Of a stretch of DNA of 64,000 nucleotides, positions 45,327-56,079 are shown piece after piece. Position 1 is the stretch's first letter, and each line of letters begins with the position of its first letter. The position numbers and the translations under genes are program-made. Origin of the DNA: Saprospiraceae bacterium. Its GTDB lineage: Bacteria > Bacteroidota > Bacteroidia > Chitinophagales > Saprospiraceae. Under the pieces are notes generated by a model. The model did no database searches, was not told the origin of the DNA, and worked only from the letters and a program-made list of their open reading frames with translations. The stretch covers positions 20,298-84,297 of the forward strand of contig JADJTQ010000010.1 in the NCBI GenBank assembly GCA_016711125.1, written 5' to 3'.

Positions 45327-45441
45327 TCGCAGAATTCCAGGCAGCTTGGAGGCATCGCCCGAAAGATCCACCTGGAATGTGCTGAGCAGACTCAGTTTAT
45401 TTGTCATCTACCTCCTATAGGCATTAGAATCTTGACTAAAG

Positions 45442-46193
45442 GTAGCCTGCTTGACCTGGGATCAAGTGCAATCCACTTATTGGATACTGTAATCAAATAT
45501 CCCACTTGATTTTCTTGATCAAGAATCATAGATCCGAAGAGAAAATAATTCGAACAAGCTAATTGAAATACAATCGACGGACCTACACAACAAATTGTAA
45601 GACAGAATGGCAAAAAAAAATAAGAACGACAAGAGCAGCGCCATAACAAAGACCTTCAAGGAAGGTCTCTAGGAGGGTGTTGAACTACGCAACTTGATGC
45701 TGAAGCCGTAAATCGTCGTTTCTGGTGCGGCGAGACGAAGGATGCTACTGGAAGTTGTAACAGACTGAGTCTCAACAAAGTCAGGAACGGCGAGAACGGA
45801 TTAATCATGTTATAGTATAAAGTTATATTTTGTAAAATCAGCGCGAGGTGAGTATTTCAACAGCCTCCTAGGGAACGGCCTTCGGCATTTTAGGCGAAAT
45901 AGTCGAAAAATCCGTTAAAAACAAAATGGTGTTTGAGCTGATCAGAGCGATCAAAGCAAGCAGAAAAACCAAGTAATCTTGGACAAAGCGGTAAGGTAGG
46001 AAGACCAAAGCGAGTTTCATTTTGTTTAGGATTTTACGGTTATTTCGTCGTTAAGAAATGCCGAAAGCCTTGACTTTTGGGTTCTGGCCCCTGTCCCGAT
46101 CGAAGCATCGGGAGGTCAAGCCAAAAGAACAAACAAATAATATCACATTTTTTTCCATAGTTTTCACATATTAGGGAAATATGTCATACATAC
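45442..46193. mobile_element. MITE-like non-autonomous element, copy A. It is degenerate, inverted relative to copy B, and carries a nested insertion.
   Basis: About 85-90% identical to the reverse complement of 56080-56621 once 45674-45867 is removed. The right end tgtcatacatac matches the copy B terminal repeat. The left end is eroded and no target duplication is detectable. Confidence 0.7.
45674..45867. mobile_element. Nested 194-bp MITE-like insertion inside copy A.
   Basis: Absent from copy B at the homologous site (ggtctagggaccgg). It has imperfect terminal inverted repeats: the reverse complement of the right end (gaggctgttgaa) matches the left end (agggtgttgaa) at 10 of 11 positions, with one extra terminal base on the right. 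It is flanked by the direct repeat ctagg (45669-45673 and 45868-45872). Confidence 0.65.
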
Positions 46194-46273
46194 CCGACGA
46201 TCGCCAGATAGCAACTCAATGAGATTATCACTATTTTTGCATAAATCAACTCTTTTAAACATAAAAGGTCTTA

Positions 46274-46738
46274 GTGCTTAATTACAAAAACTTTCAAATC
46301 AATTGGATCATATTAGTATCCATGCTGGCAGGCACCCTCTTTCTGGTTTTTCAACTGAAGAATCCTGACTCCAAACCAATCCCATCTCTCATTCTGATGC
46401 TGATCGAACTTTTGTTTGTCCTGATACCATTGATTTTCTACGGATTAAAAACAAGCATCGACGACGACGAAATCCGATTGCGATTTGGAATTGGGATCAT
46501 TCAAATAAAAATAAAACTCTCTGATATTCAATCCGTTGAAGTCGTCAGAAACCCATGGTACTATGGTATCGGAATCCGCATTATTCCCCATGGAATCCTA
46601 TATAACGCGTATGGATTAAACGCGGTCGAACTCAGATTTAAAAATAAACGAAAAATAATTCGAATCGGGAGCGCAGAGCCGCTCATTCTAAAACATGAAA
46701 TTGAAAAACGACTAATGCCGGTCAGTTCGGAAAGTTGA
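46274..46738 (+). CDS. Hypothetical small membrane protein (2 TM plus a beta-rich C-domain).
   Basis: ORF with two hydrophobic helices. No confident domain. Confidence 0.5.
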   Translation: MLNYKNFQINWIILVSMLAGTLFLVFQLKNPDSKPIPSLILMLIELLFVLIPLIFYGLKTSIDDDEIRLRFGIGIIQIKIKLSDIQSVEVVRNPWYYGIGIRIIPHGILYNAYGLNAVELRFKNKRKIIRIGSAEPLILKHEIEKRLMPVSSES

Positions 46739-46998
46739 GTGAGTGAAAATTACCTCTTGCGATCCTTACTTTCTTACTTTCCCTGGACTTCACATACTGC
46801 AGTTTTAAAAAAGGATACAACCCATCATAAACATATTTCAATATGAAAAGGACGGACGCAAATTTGCCAATAGAATCGAACTAACCGTCAATGATAAGAA
46901 TATAAAATTCCGATTGACCCCTCTGTTCGGAAAATGACTTAAAAAATGGGTGGGCTCAATACTACACCCAACCTCACTGAAACGCCCCAACTAATCAA

Positions 46999-47784
46999 TT
47001 ATCCCGAAATAAAATGACCGGCAATATAACCTCCCGCACTAATACCGAGTGCAATTAAGTCAGTACCACCCGGAAATCTAAGAAGATTGAAACCGGTGAT
47101 GAACGTACATGTTGTGCCTTCTGCCAACCGAATATTAAATTGGAATTTAACTGTAGCGTTGTAATTATTAACACTATTCCCGGTGGCAGATGATCCCGTT
47201 AAACTCATTGGGTCCTCGGCTAAATAAAAGGCAGGATCAGACAAAGCTGGTTGGATACTGGCAAACTCCAACGTTGCTCTTGATAGCAAATTGACCGAAA
47301 GGTCTGAAGTCACAAAATAGCGGATTACCCCTTCAAAATGATAAAGTCCGGTCCGGTTAATTGTTATCTTATTGCCCGTAGTGCCGGCCGTAATCACACT
47401 AAAATCAGAACCGCTGAGGATAACAGTGCTAAAATCAAGACTATCCTCCTGGGTCGTTCCCGAACTGAGGTTAAAACCGGCTCGCCCTTGTGACGCATTG
47501 GCGTTGACACTGTTATTTGCCATCGTGGCGTAAAATGTACCACCTCCACCAACCGACATCCATTGAGGAGCAGATTGCGATCCGGTGCTTACGAGTACCT
47601 GATCTGCAACACCTGGGTCTCCATCCAGTTGCAACGGTCCAACTAAGTTTGCCGGTCCATCAACTTCCAGTGTCGGTTGACTATCTGCAGTTAATCCCCA
47701 CATTAGAAATAAAAGACATAGCCATACTCTGGTGTCAAAGAAAAATTCTAAGCTTAGCTTAGCTTGAAAGAATCTCGATTTCAT
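46999..47784 (-). CDS. Hypothetical secreted protein.
   Basis: Signal-like N-terminus. No recognised domain. Confidence 0.5.
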   Translation of the reverse strand: MKSRFFQAKLSLEFFFDTRVWLCLLFLMWGLTADSQPTLEVDGPANLVGPLQLDGDPGVADQVLVSTGSQSAPQWMSVGGGGTFYATMANNSVNANASQGRAGFNLSSGTTQEDSLDFSTVILSGSDFSVITAGTTGNKITINRTGLYHFEGVIRYFVTSDLSVNLLSRATLEFASIQPALSDPAFYLAEDPMSLTGSSATGNSVNNYNATVKFQFNIRLAEGTTCTFITGFNLLRFPGGTDLIALGISAGGYIAGHFISG

Positions 47785-48164
47785 ATAATTATATTATGCC
47801 TCAAAGATAAACCCATGATAGTTCAAGGTCAATCACATAAACAGGTGATTTGATAGAGAATATAGAGTAGAGTATACCTTCAATTTAGTCTACCGACTGT
47901 CTTGCATTGCTACCTTATCAACTCTATGTTATTTTGACTTGTGACGAATCAAATGATCAAAGCCTCTATGAGAGCCCTTGGGGTGAATACCCGACAATGA
48001 ATAAAAATAATTATCCCTTCTCCCGAACTTTTTTAGAATAAGACTCGTTATACCACCAATTAACTCGTTAAAACTCGACCAGCCTTATAAGTTATACATC
48101 TACCTTCTTGGATTCTTAAATCAAGAAATTGCCTCATTTTATTGTATAACTTAAAATATCAATT

Positions 48165-49133
48165 ATGAAATTCGAAAATGAAAGGTATCAAGATGCCTCT
48201 GATTCGTCTACCTTTAAAACACTCGCCTGGGTATTTGGTGGACTATTTGCCCTGACTTTATTGACTACTATCTACTATGGATTTCGTAGTCACAACCTAA
48301 CTGCAGAAAAATCACACTTATCTACCAATCTGGATGATCTGGATCTCCAAAAAGGCCAACTGGAAACCGAATTGTCTTCATTAGACAGCAACTATCAGCT
48401 ACAGATCTCAGAAAATGGAACTTTGTCCACTACACTCGAAGAACGGGTTAAGGAAATCGATAATTTGAAAAGCAGAGTGTGGTCTGCCAAACAAAAAATC
48501 AACAAGAGCGAAGAAGAAAATAAGGTCATTAATGAAAAACTGGCACAGCTCGAAACATTAAAAGAAGACTTGGAAAGCGATATTGTTTCTCTCAATGAAA
48601 CCAATCAGGACTTGATTGCAACCAACGAAAAAATGTCCAATGATCTTCAAGTTTCAAAAGAAGAAACTTCCGCCCTGAGCTCACAGTTGGCAGAAATGAG
48701 CATTAGAAATGAAGCACTCATAAAAAGGCTTTATACACTGGCACCAGCTGGCTTTGTGGCCAACAATTTTACGGTGACAGCAGCAAGAAAAAATGACAAA
48801 CTAACTGCCAAAGCAAAGCAGGCGGAAAAAATCAATGTGTCATTTGACATTAATGATGTACCAAATGAGCTGCAAAATGACGAGGAGATCTATTTGGTCC
48901 TGACCAAATTTGATGGAGACCCGGTCAACGAATTAACTACCAATGAAGTAGAAGTAGCTTCTATTAATCCGGTTACAATCAATGTGGTAAACCGTACTAA
49001 AACCACCTTGAAAGATCGTCAAAATATTGAAATGTCTTTTGCTACCGATCGCGATCTTGATTCGGGTCTGTATAATCTACTGGTCTATGCTGATCATGGA
49101 TTTCTGGGTTCAACTACATTTCAATTGCAATAA
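48165..49133 (+). CDS. Membrane-anchored coiled-coil protein.
   Basis: One TM segment (LAWVFGGLFALTLLTTIYYGF) followed by about 150 aa of heptad-rich E/K/L/N sequence. Confidence 0.6.
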   Translation: MKFENERYQDASDSSTFKTLAWVFGGLFALTLLTTIYYGFRSHNLTAEKSHLSTNLDDLDLQKGQLETELSSLDSNYQLQISENGTLSTTLEERVKEIDNLKSRVWSAKQKINKSEEENKVINEKLAQLETLKEDLESDIVSLNETNQDLIATNEKMSNDLQVSKEETSALSSQLAEMSIRNEALIKRLYTLAPAGFVANNFTVTAARKNDKLTAKAKQAEKINVSFDINDVPNELQNDEEIYLVLTKFDGDPVNELTTNEVEVASINPVTINVVNRTKTTLKDRQNIEMSFATDRDLDSGLYNLLVYADHGFLGSTTFQLQ

Positions 49134-49203
49134 GCAAGATAAATCTACCACCTTTTGGTAATTCCAGAAGGTTCAGCATACATTATTAGGTTATTGCAAA
49201 AAG

Positions 49204-49243
49204 AAAGATTTTCTCCTGGTGTTATCATCGGGAGGAAATCTTT
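49204..49243. terminator. Hairpin between convergent genes (possible bidirectional terminator).
   Basis: aaagattttctcc-(14 nt)-ggaggaaatcttt, followed by cgttt. Confidence 0.5.
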
Positions 49244-49313
49244 CGTTTATAAAGAAGGTAACATTCCCTCAGTAAGACCAGGCGGAATTCAGCCTTAATA
49301 AACCCGGAATAAA

Positions 49314-51131
49314 TCATAAAGCACCTTGCTCCTTCAGTACTTTTCTGGCGGTTTCATTTTCCGGATTTAATTCAAGGGATTTTGCGTAATTTTTAATGGC
49401 AAGATCGGTATTCCCTGATTTTAAATAAGCCTCACCCAGACTGTCATATGTATTAGAACTCTTCGGATAAAGCGCAACGTTAATCTGGAACACATCAATA
49501 GCTTTATCCACCTCATTTTGCTCTAGCAACTGGTACCCAATCACGTTTATCTGTGATTCCTGGATGTCGGGATCAGAAGCATTTTCATTATACAACTGCT
49601 GAAATGCCTTTAGAGCCTGGTCATAATTTCCATCAGCAATCCACTCATAGGGAACTTTTTCGCTTTCATTCATGATCGGATATTGGTACTCTATTTTATC
49701 TCTCTGACCTTCATCCAGAAAGACCAGGTACCGCAATGAGTCTGCGGAATTTATTAAAAATGTCACTAATTTTTCCCGCTCCTTTCTGACATAAAGATTA
49801 TCATCAATCCTGAACAACTCCTCAGCCGGACTTCTTGGATATCTAATAAATAACCGATTATTATCGGTATAGATAGTGGCGATTTGGTTGGAAGAAAATC
49901 GGTAGCGTCCAAAATAAGGATCCAACTCTTTAAGATCTAACTCCATTTTAGTATAAAGTGGCGGCAAATAATTCTTCCAATTGTATGTCTGAGCCACTGA
50001 TCGGATTAATTCGGCAATAAAATCGGGATGATTGGAATTGGTTAAAATCACCACTCCATAACCCCTATCTTTATGAGCAGTCATCTCACTGGAAAAACCC
50101 TCATCCCATCCACCATGACCAAAATAGATTTCGCCACCTTTGCTATCGATAAAAATACCTAGTCCAATAAAATCATCTATAACCGGCGTCAACATTTGAT
50201 TGACCATCTGAGTGGACAAAACTGCATTTCTTTTAGCTGCTACACTGAGTTGAATATCTATTGCAAATTTTGCAAGATCTTCGGCTGTGGTCCACAGACC
50301 AGCGGCTGCCATTTCAGGATAGGTATGCCGCTTACCTTTTGTCATAGATCCGTCAGGTAAATATCCTGTCGCAGCCGACTCGATCTTATCGGAAGCCAAT
50401 GGCTGTTCGTAGGTACTGTGGTTCATCTGCAATGGATTAAGGATCCTTACCTTTAAAATTTCAGGAAAAGATGTTCCCGCCTGATCGATCATCATTTGTT
50501 GCATCACACAGTAGCCACCTCCGGAATATCGAAAACTTTCTCCAGGCAATTTATCAACCCGAATTGCAGGAGAGTTTGCGGGTTTGCTTCCATCAAGCAC
50601 CTGCACGAGATTAGGAACCTCTTCAAAAATGTTATATCCTAAGAAACCATCTACGCTAAGCCTACCGATATTACTAACCAGATGTTCAAGAGTCACTGCT
50701 TTCTTCTCAGTGAATTGATTATCCGGGATTTTCCAGGTACGCAAGTAGTTGTTGACCGGTTGATCCAAGGACAGCAAGCCGGATTGCAGCATAGTCAGTG
50801 CACCATAAGCGGCCACGGGTTTACTAATCGATCCGGCTTGAAATAAGGTAGTAGAAGTTACTGGCTGTTTGGTATCCTTATCCATCACTCCATAGGTTTT
50901 TGACCAGTGGATTTTCGAATCTTGAATGACCGCTATGCTCACACCCGGCACGCCGTAATGAGCCATTCGTTGCTCGATATTCCAGGAAGAATCATCTTCA
51001 AAATGTACGGTAGCACGGAGACCATTTTCAACCAGACTCATCAATGATGCCGAATCAGGTTCAGGAGCCTTTGGGGCTTGACGATTGCATGCAACGCTCA
51101 AAGACAATAGAAGAAATAGTAGGTATTTCAT
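49314..51131 (-). CDS. Serine hydrolase (beta-lactamase family) lipoprotein with C-terminal TPR repeats.
   Basis: Lipobox LSVAC, S-x-x-K (GSISKPV), and a C-terminal TPR-like region (YDSLGEAYLKSGNTDLAIKNYAKSLELNP). Confidence 0.85.
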   Translation of the reverse strand: MKYLLFLLLSLSVACNRQAPKAPEPDSASLMSLVENGLRATVHFEDDSSWNIEQRMAHYGVPGVSIAVIQDSKIHWSKTYGVMDKDTKQPVTSTTLFQAGSISKPVAAYGALTMLQSGLLSLDQPVNNYLRTWKIPDNQFTEKKAVTLEHLVSNIGRLSVDGFLGYNIFEEVPNLVQVLDGSKPANSPAIRVDKLPGESFRYSGGGYCVMQQMMIDQAGTSFPEILKVRILNPLQMNHSTYEQPLASDKIESAATGYLPDGSMTKGKRHTYPEMAAAGLWTTAEDLAKFAIDIQLSVAAKRNAVLSTQMVNQMLTPVIDDFIGLGIFIDSKGGEIYFGHGGWDEGFSSEMTAHKDRGYGVVILTNSNHPDFIAELIRSVAQTYNWKNYLPPLYTKMELDLKELDPYFGRYRFSSNQIATIYTDNNRLFIRYPRSPAEELFRIDDNLYVRKEREKLVTFLINSADSLRYLVFLDEGQRDKIEYQYPIMNESEKVPYEWIADGNYDQALKAFQQLYNENASDPDIQESQINVIGYQLLEQNEVDKAIDVFQINVALYPKSSNTYDSLGEAYLKSGNTDLAIKNYAKSLELNPENETARKVLKEQGAL

Positions 51132-51320
51132 TAATCAATAGTTGTTATTATATTGCCTCTAATCTTTCAGAAGCAAAAAAACCAAGCAAAGAACGTTCGA
51201 AGTTGAGAAAACGTCCGGACGATCGACTATTTTTTCGACTAAATCATCAAAATAAGCCCGCATGAAGAGCGGTTAGAACGAAATTGGGTATAGAGTCCCA
51301 ATTAGTCCCAATATAAAATC

Positions 51321-52094
51321 CTACTTCCTCTTCTGACCAATTATGGTAATGCCATCCTTGAATGTGGCTGGCATAACTCGATTGAGTGAGCGATACAGTC
51401 TCTGATGGAAATCATGGTATCCAAAATAATTACGCAGATTAATTTTCACCACATCGAGACCACTCGCCGTAAATATCTTACTCAGTTCTGCACCTGTATA
51501 CTCGCGGTAATGACCTCTGCGGTTGCCTTTGATTAGTTCATAAGGATTATAACCCAAAAGCATCCGGATTCTTTTGAACGTAGATACTGCGTTAGGGGTC
51601 TGGACAACAAGATATCCACCGGGTTTCAAAAATTGTAGAATAAAATCCAGAACCAATTCCGATTTAGTAAACAAATGCTCGACAACTTCACACATGATAA
51701 TAATATCATGCTGAATGATCAAACTCTGATACATTTCCGTAAAATTTAAGTCGACTTCAAAGTGATCCTCAGTCTCTCTTAAAAAATTGAAGCGGTGATT
51801 TTCACCCATCGAATTTACTCTGGACTTGAAAAGATTTCTCAATAAATAGGTTTGAAATGCAGGCCCAATATCGAGTATCTGTTGGGCTGGATGTCCCTCG
51901 TTATCGATCAAATCCCGTATTTCTTTCATTAGATACTGGTATCGGTCATGATGAAAATTCAAATATTTCAATTCATGAGGTTGAATGTCCGACTCAGTTA
52001 GATCTTTAAAAATCTGATCAAAAGATTTATTCATAATTCCAATTGGATTACAACCCGAATATCTAATTATTTCCCACTGGTTTGAATAAGACAC
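51321..52094 (-). CDS. Class I SAM-dependent methyltransferase.
   Basis: Motif I-like ILDIGPAF and post-I blocks, LKPGGYLVVQTPN. Confidence 0.75.
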   Translation of the reverse strand: MSYSNQWEIIRYSGCNPIGIMNKSFDQIFKDLTESDIQPHELKYLNFHHDRYQYLMKEIRDLIDNEGHPAQQILDIGPAFQTYLLRNLFKSRVNSMGENHRFNFLRETEDHFEVDLNFTEMYQSLIIQHDIIIMCEVVEHLFTKSELVLDFILQFLKPGGYLVVQTPNAVSTFKRIRMLLGYNPYELIKGNRRGHYREYTGAELSKIFTASGLDVVKINLRNYFGYHDFHQRLYRSLNRVMPATFKDGITIIGQKRK

Positions 52095-53192
52095 TACTTT
52101 ATTTTTCGTTTCAATCGAAGAAAGTAGGATTCATAGTATGCAAACGATAATCCGGCTATCAGAAAAGTAATCAAACTTACCAATAGATAAAAACCAATGG
52201 AGAAAGAAAAAACAAACGAATTAAGCAGTGGTATCTGTAGCATTAGATAACGAACACCAAGTGACACAAAAGGATGAAAAATGTAGATACCATATGATAT
52301 TCGACCCAGATAGTCGATTTGTTTCGGTTCAAAACTAAAAATGCTATCATCCCTGGTACCATTAACCAACACAATCAGAAACAAAGATGCCCCTAACAAA
52401 TTGTGGGGATCAAATCGAACCGGTAAAAAGACCAATACTATCAACAAACTCAGCGCGCTGATCACCTGTATCGATTTTTGAGCTAAAAAAATAAATAACC
52501 GATGGTCCCGGCTATGAAAAAACATAGCCCCTAAAGTCACCCCGGCAAAGATAAAATGAAACCTGAGGGTGAGGATGACCAACTTCGTAAGCCAGGACGG
52601 CAACTCGATCAAGCCATGATAAACCATTAGATATAAAACCAGATATAAAACCAGGGCAAAGAAAGATATCAAGAATCGTCTTTGAATCCACATCATCACA
52701 AAAATAAGCCAGGGAAAAAGCAAATAAAATTGCTCCTCTACACCGATACTCCATAAGCTATACATAGGGCCAATGTTATTCCAATTGACGATGACATAGT
52801 TAGGCAGGAAAACTATATAGTACCAAATGACCTCCCGTACATCAAAATCAAAAAAAACCTTTCCGGTAATTTCCGGATAAACAAAACCCATCGTAAAAAA
52901 ACCCAGGAATACTCCCAGGTAATAAAGTGGAAATATCCTAAGCACTCTTCTCCAATAGAATCTTCGGAGATCGAAGGATTGATGTTGTTTGATTTCATGA
53001 AATGCCAGATAGGTCAATAAGAAACCGGAAATAACAAAAAAGAAATCGACAGCAAAAGGGCCTTTAGTAAGGATCGGGTAAGTGCGAAATAGTGTGGCAT
53101 CCACCTGACGTAAACCATCATTGCAATGAAAAATCAAAACCAGCATGGCGGCAAAGAACCTCAAGGCATTGACACCCTTTTAAGTACTTCAT
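52094..53192 (-). CDS. Acyltransferase family 3 membrane protein. The N-terminus is frame-broken as sequenced.
   Basis: The GVNALRFFAAMLVLIFH motif is only recovered if ATG 53192 (MKYLK) is joined across the C3 run at 53176-53178. Ten or more TM segments. Confidence 0.8.
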
Positions 53193-53221
53193 TAACTCAA
53201 CAGTCTAGTATGTGAGGGTAC

Positions 53222-54502
53222 CTAGACAGGTCTCTTATAGCCACCGCGATAAGGCCGGGCCAGTTGAGCCGAGGCTGTTTTATTGCCAATAATCTGATGT
53301 TTTTTCAAATCCCAGTTGATTTCTGATTTAGTATTATAGGCGATTGTTGCTAATTGCACCATCGCAGTAGACCGAAAAGCATCTTCAATGGGGCAGCCAA
53401 TCAATTTCGGATCATTCGCCTTCACTGCACGGAGAAATTCACCCATATGCCGTGCGCCGATATCTGGGGTCGTAATATCAAATTCCTCCATTTCGGCATC
53501 TTTGGCATTTGACATAACAATCATCTTATTATCTGAACCAAAAACTGTGGCTTTATCACCATAGAAAAAAATGCCGTTATTAAATTTCTTATTGAGTTCA
53601 CCGGTACCCCAAAGCCGGTGCTGCCATTTTAGGGTATGCTTATCAAAATACATATGAGCATCCAATGTATCTGGAGTAGTAATTTTGCCTTTTAATTTGA
53701 AAAGACCACCATGCGACCGGAAAGTATGTGGCATGTCTAGATCGAGAATGACCCGGATGATGTCAATATGATGGATGCCCCAATCAACCATATGACCATT
53801 ACCATACTCTTTTTCCAATCGCCAGCTTTTATGCCCGATACTCGGCTGGTAATCTAATTTGGGAGCTGGTCCACACCAGGTTTCCCAATCAAGCGAAGCG
53901 GGAGGTGCCTGGATAGTAGTATCCTCTATCACCGGATTATAATGGATTTGTGCCTGGATTTGCTTGATATCGCCTGCTTTGCCGCTTGCTATAAAGTCTT
54001 TGACTCTTTTGAAGGCTTCACTTTGTCTCCTTTGAAATCCAATCTGTACAATATTCCCGGCCTTCTTAGCAGCACGAATCATAGCCAGTCCTTCTGCTAC
54101 ATCATAACTTAGAGGTTTTTCACAATAGATTGCCAGGCCTTTTTCGCAGGCCGCAATAAAGTGTAATGCATGCCAATGCGGCATCGTGCCAATAATTACA
54201 GCCTGAAGGTCTTTTTGTTCCAATAGCTCCTGATAGTCTTTAAAAGCCTTCGGCCTGCTACCCTGGATCTTTTCAAGTTTGTCAATACTTTCAGACAAAT
54301 GTTCAGAGTCGATATCGCAAACACCAATGACCTCCACCCCTCCAACCGTCAGGGCAGCTTCGGTATCCACCATACCATACCACCCTGCACCTATAAGCCC
54401 CACCTTCAATTTTGTCTCCGCAGAAATGTAAGGAATAGAAAATGGAGTAAAGGCTATCGCAGAGCCCATAGATGCTTTTTCGAGAAATGATCTTCTGTTC
54501 AT
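53222..54502 (-). CDS. Gfo/Idh/MocA-family oxidoreductase with a twin-arginine signal.
   Basis: MNRRSFLEKASMGSAIAF, Rossmann motif VGLIGAGWYG. Confidence 0.87.
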   Translation of the reverse strand: MNRRSFLEKASMGSAIAFTPFSIPYISAETKLKVGLIGAGWYGMVDTEAALTVGGVEVIGVCDIDSEHLSESIDKLEKIQGSRPKAFKDYQELLEQKDLQAVIIGTMPHWHALHFIAACEKGLAIYCEKPLSYDVAEGLAMIRAAKKAGNIVQIGFQRRQSEAFKRVKDFIASGKAGDIKQIQAQIHYNPVIEDTTIQAPPASLDWETWCGPAPKLDYQPSIGHKSWRLEKEYGNGHMVDWGIHHIDIIRVILDLDMPHTFRSHGGLFKLKGKITTPDTLDAHMYFDKHTLKWQHRLWGTGELNKKFNNGIFFYGDKATVFGSDNKMIVMSNAKDAEMEEFDITTPDIGARHMGEFLRAVKANDPKLIGCPIEDAFRSTAMVQLATIAYNTKSEINWDLKKHQIIGNKTASAQLARPYRGGYKRPV

Positions 54503-54731
54503 GATTTCGAATTAAAAATGATTACCTGAAATTAATTAAAAATCTGAATAAGGCAGTTTTACAGTCGATTTCCCATACCTGCACTGAACTACTGCCCGGT
54601 AATTTGCGACGCCAAAGGAATGGCCAAGAAAGCCAATACCATGGATAATGGATCACAATAGGAATTGTAAGATGGCATTTACGACATCGCCGGAATTGGT
54701 AACCTAAGACAACATCCGGGAAACGGACAGA

Positions 54732-56000
54732 TCAACCCCACCACTCCTCATCCTCACATAGATATTTATTCTTAATTAAAGCTTCATTAAGCTCAATTCC
54801 AAATCCTGGCCGGTCACTCAGCTGAATATAGCCGTCCTTCACGAGAGGTTTGTCGTAGCCCAAGACGTCCGGATCACCATTGATACCGTTGCCCGCCTGA
54901 TTGATTGGATTACTGATAAAGGCCTCATGACCAAGAAATTCACGGACCGAGGCAGCCAGGTTGGCCGAGGCAACAGTGGCGATTGGCCCGGCGACATTAT
55001 GAGTTGCAACAGGTATAAAATAGATCTCAGCCAGGTCGGCTATTTTTTTTGCTTCCAATAAACCTCCGGCCATGGATACATCTATTTCAATCATATTCAC
55101 ACCTTGATTGACAATAAAAGGTCTAAAATCGTCACGGCCATAAAGATTTTCACCACAAAGGATGGGCACCGGAGATTTTTCTATCAGTTTTACCCACTGC
55201 TCATTATAAGCAATCGGCAAGGGATCCTCCATCCACCAAGGCCGGATTGGCGCCACTGCCTGAGCTAGTCGCAGCGCACTGTCAAAATCAAACTCCCAAT
55301 GACAATGTACTGCAATATCAAATTCCCATCCCATGGCTTCACGCAGATTAGCGTAACCTCTGGCATTTCGATCCACTTCCACATTGGAAATACGCCGGTT
55401 ATCCAGCTCATTCCAACGCTGATCTCTCAAGATGTTAACTTTAGCCGCTGTCCAACCTGAACCATGCATCCTTCCAGCAAATTCCTTACAGGAGTCCATA
55501 TCCAGCATGTCTTTAGGCCCAGAAGAAACATAAGCCCTCACTTCGCTAACATGCGAACCACCTCCAAGAATCTTATGCACCGGTTGCCCGGTAATTTTCC
55601 CAATGATATCCCAAAGTGCAAACTCAACACCGGTAATGGCATGCATGGCCACCCCATGATTACCTCCATAATAAGAAGTTCGCGTCCCCATTTTGAAGAT
55701 CAACCTTTCCAGATCAAAAGGGTCCTGCCCTAAAAGGATCGGTTTGCAGACATTCAAGACTACATCTTTGGCTCCAAATCCATTCTCATCATGATGACAC
55801 TCGCCGATCCCTACTATACCAGCATCTGTTTCGATTTTAACGAGAGGGCTAACCCGAAAACCAATTTTAGTACGAATACACTTGACATCGGTAATCTTTA
55901 CCCTGGCCATTTCAGAAGCGGCCAGCGCTTCAAAATAAGGGAAACAAGAAGCCACCGGTAAAGCGAAAGCCATATTTCTAATAAAGTCTCGTCTATCCAT
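54732..56000 (-). CDS. Enolase-superfamily (mandelate racemase / muconate lactonizing) enzyme with a twin-arginine signal.
   Basis: MDRRDFIRNMAFALPVAS followed by a typical MR/MLE capping domain (VKITDVK...GIGECHH) and barrel-domain blocks. Confidence 0.85.
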   Translation of the reverse strand: MDRRDFIRNMAFALPVASCFPYFEALAASEMARVKITDVKCIRTKIGFRVSPLVKIETDAGIVGIGECHHDENGFGAKDVVLNVCKPILLGQDPFDLERLIFKMGTRTSYYGGNHGVAMHAITGVEFALWDIIGKITGQPVHKILGGGSHVSEVRAYVSSGPKDMLDMDSCKEFAGRMHGSGWTAAKVNILRDQRWNELDNRRISNVEVDRNARGYANLREAMGWEFDIAVHCHWEFDFDSALRLAQAVAPIRPWWMEDPLPIAYNEQWVKLIEKSPVPILCGENLYGRDDFRPFIVNQGVNMIEIDVSMAGGLLEAKKIADLAEIYFIPVATHNVAGPIATVASANLAASVREFLGHEAFISNPINQAGNGINGDPDVLGYDKPLVKDGYIQLSDRPGFGIELNEALIKNKYLCEDEEWWG

Positions 56001-56079
56001 TGCTATTAAGATTAAAAATGCTCAGCAGAGAGTATAATACGGAATAATTGGCATTTCCTTCCTATCACTAAGTAAAGCG

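Noticed and set aside
45674-45867. The 194-bp insert as a retron msr/msd, tracrRNA, omega RNA or other guide RNA.
   Set aside because: There is no reverse transcriptase, Cas, TnpB or IscB gene nearby. The terminal inverted repeats plus the CTAGG duplication fit a MITE better. An RNA role cannot be excluded without expression data.
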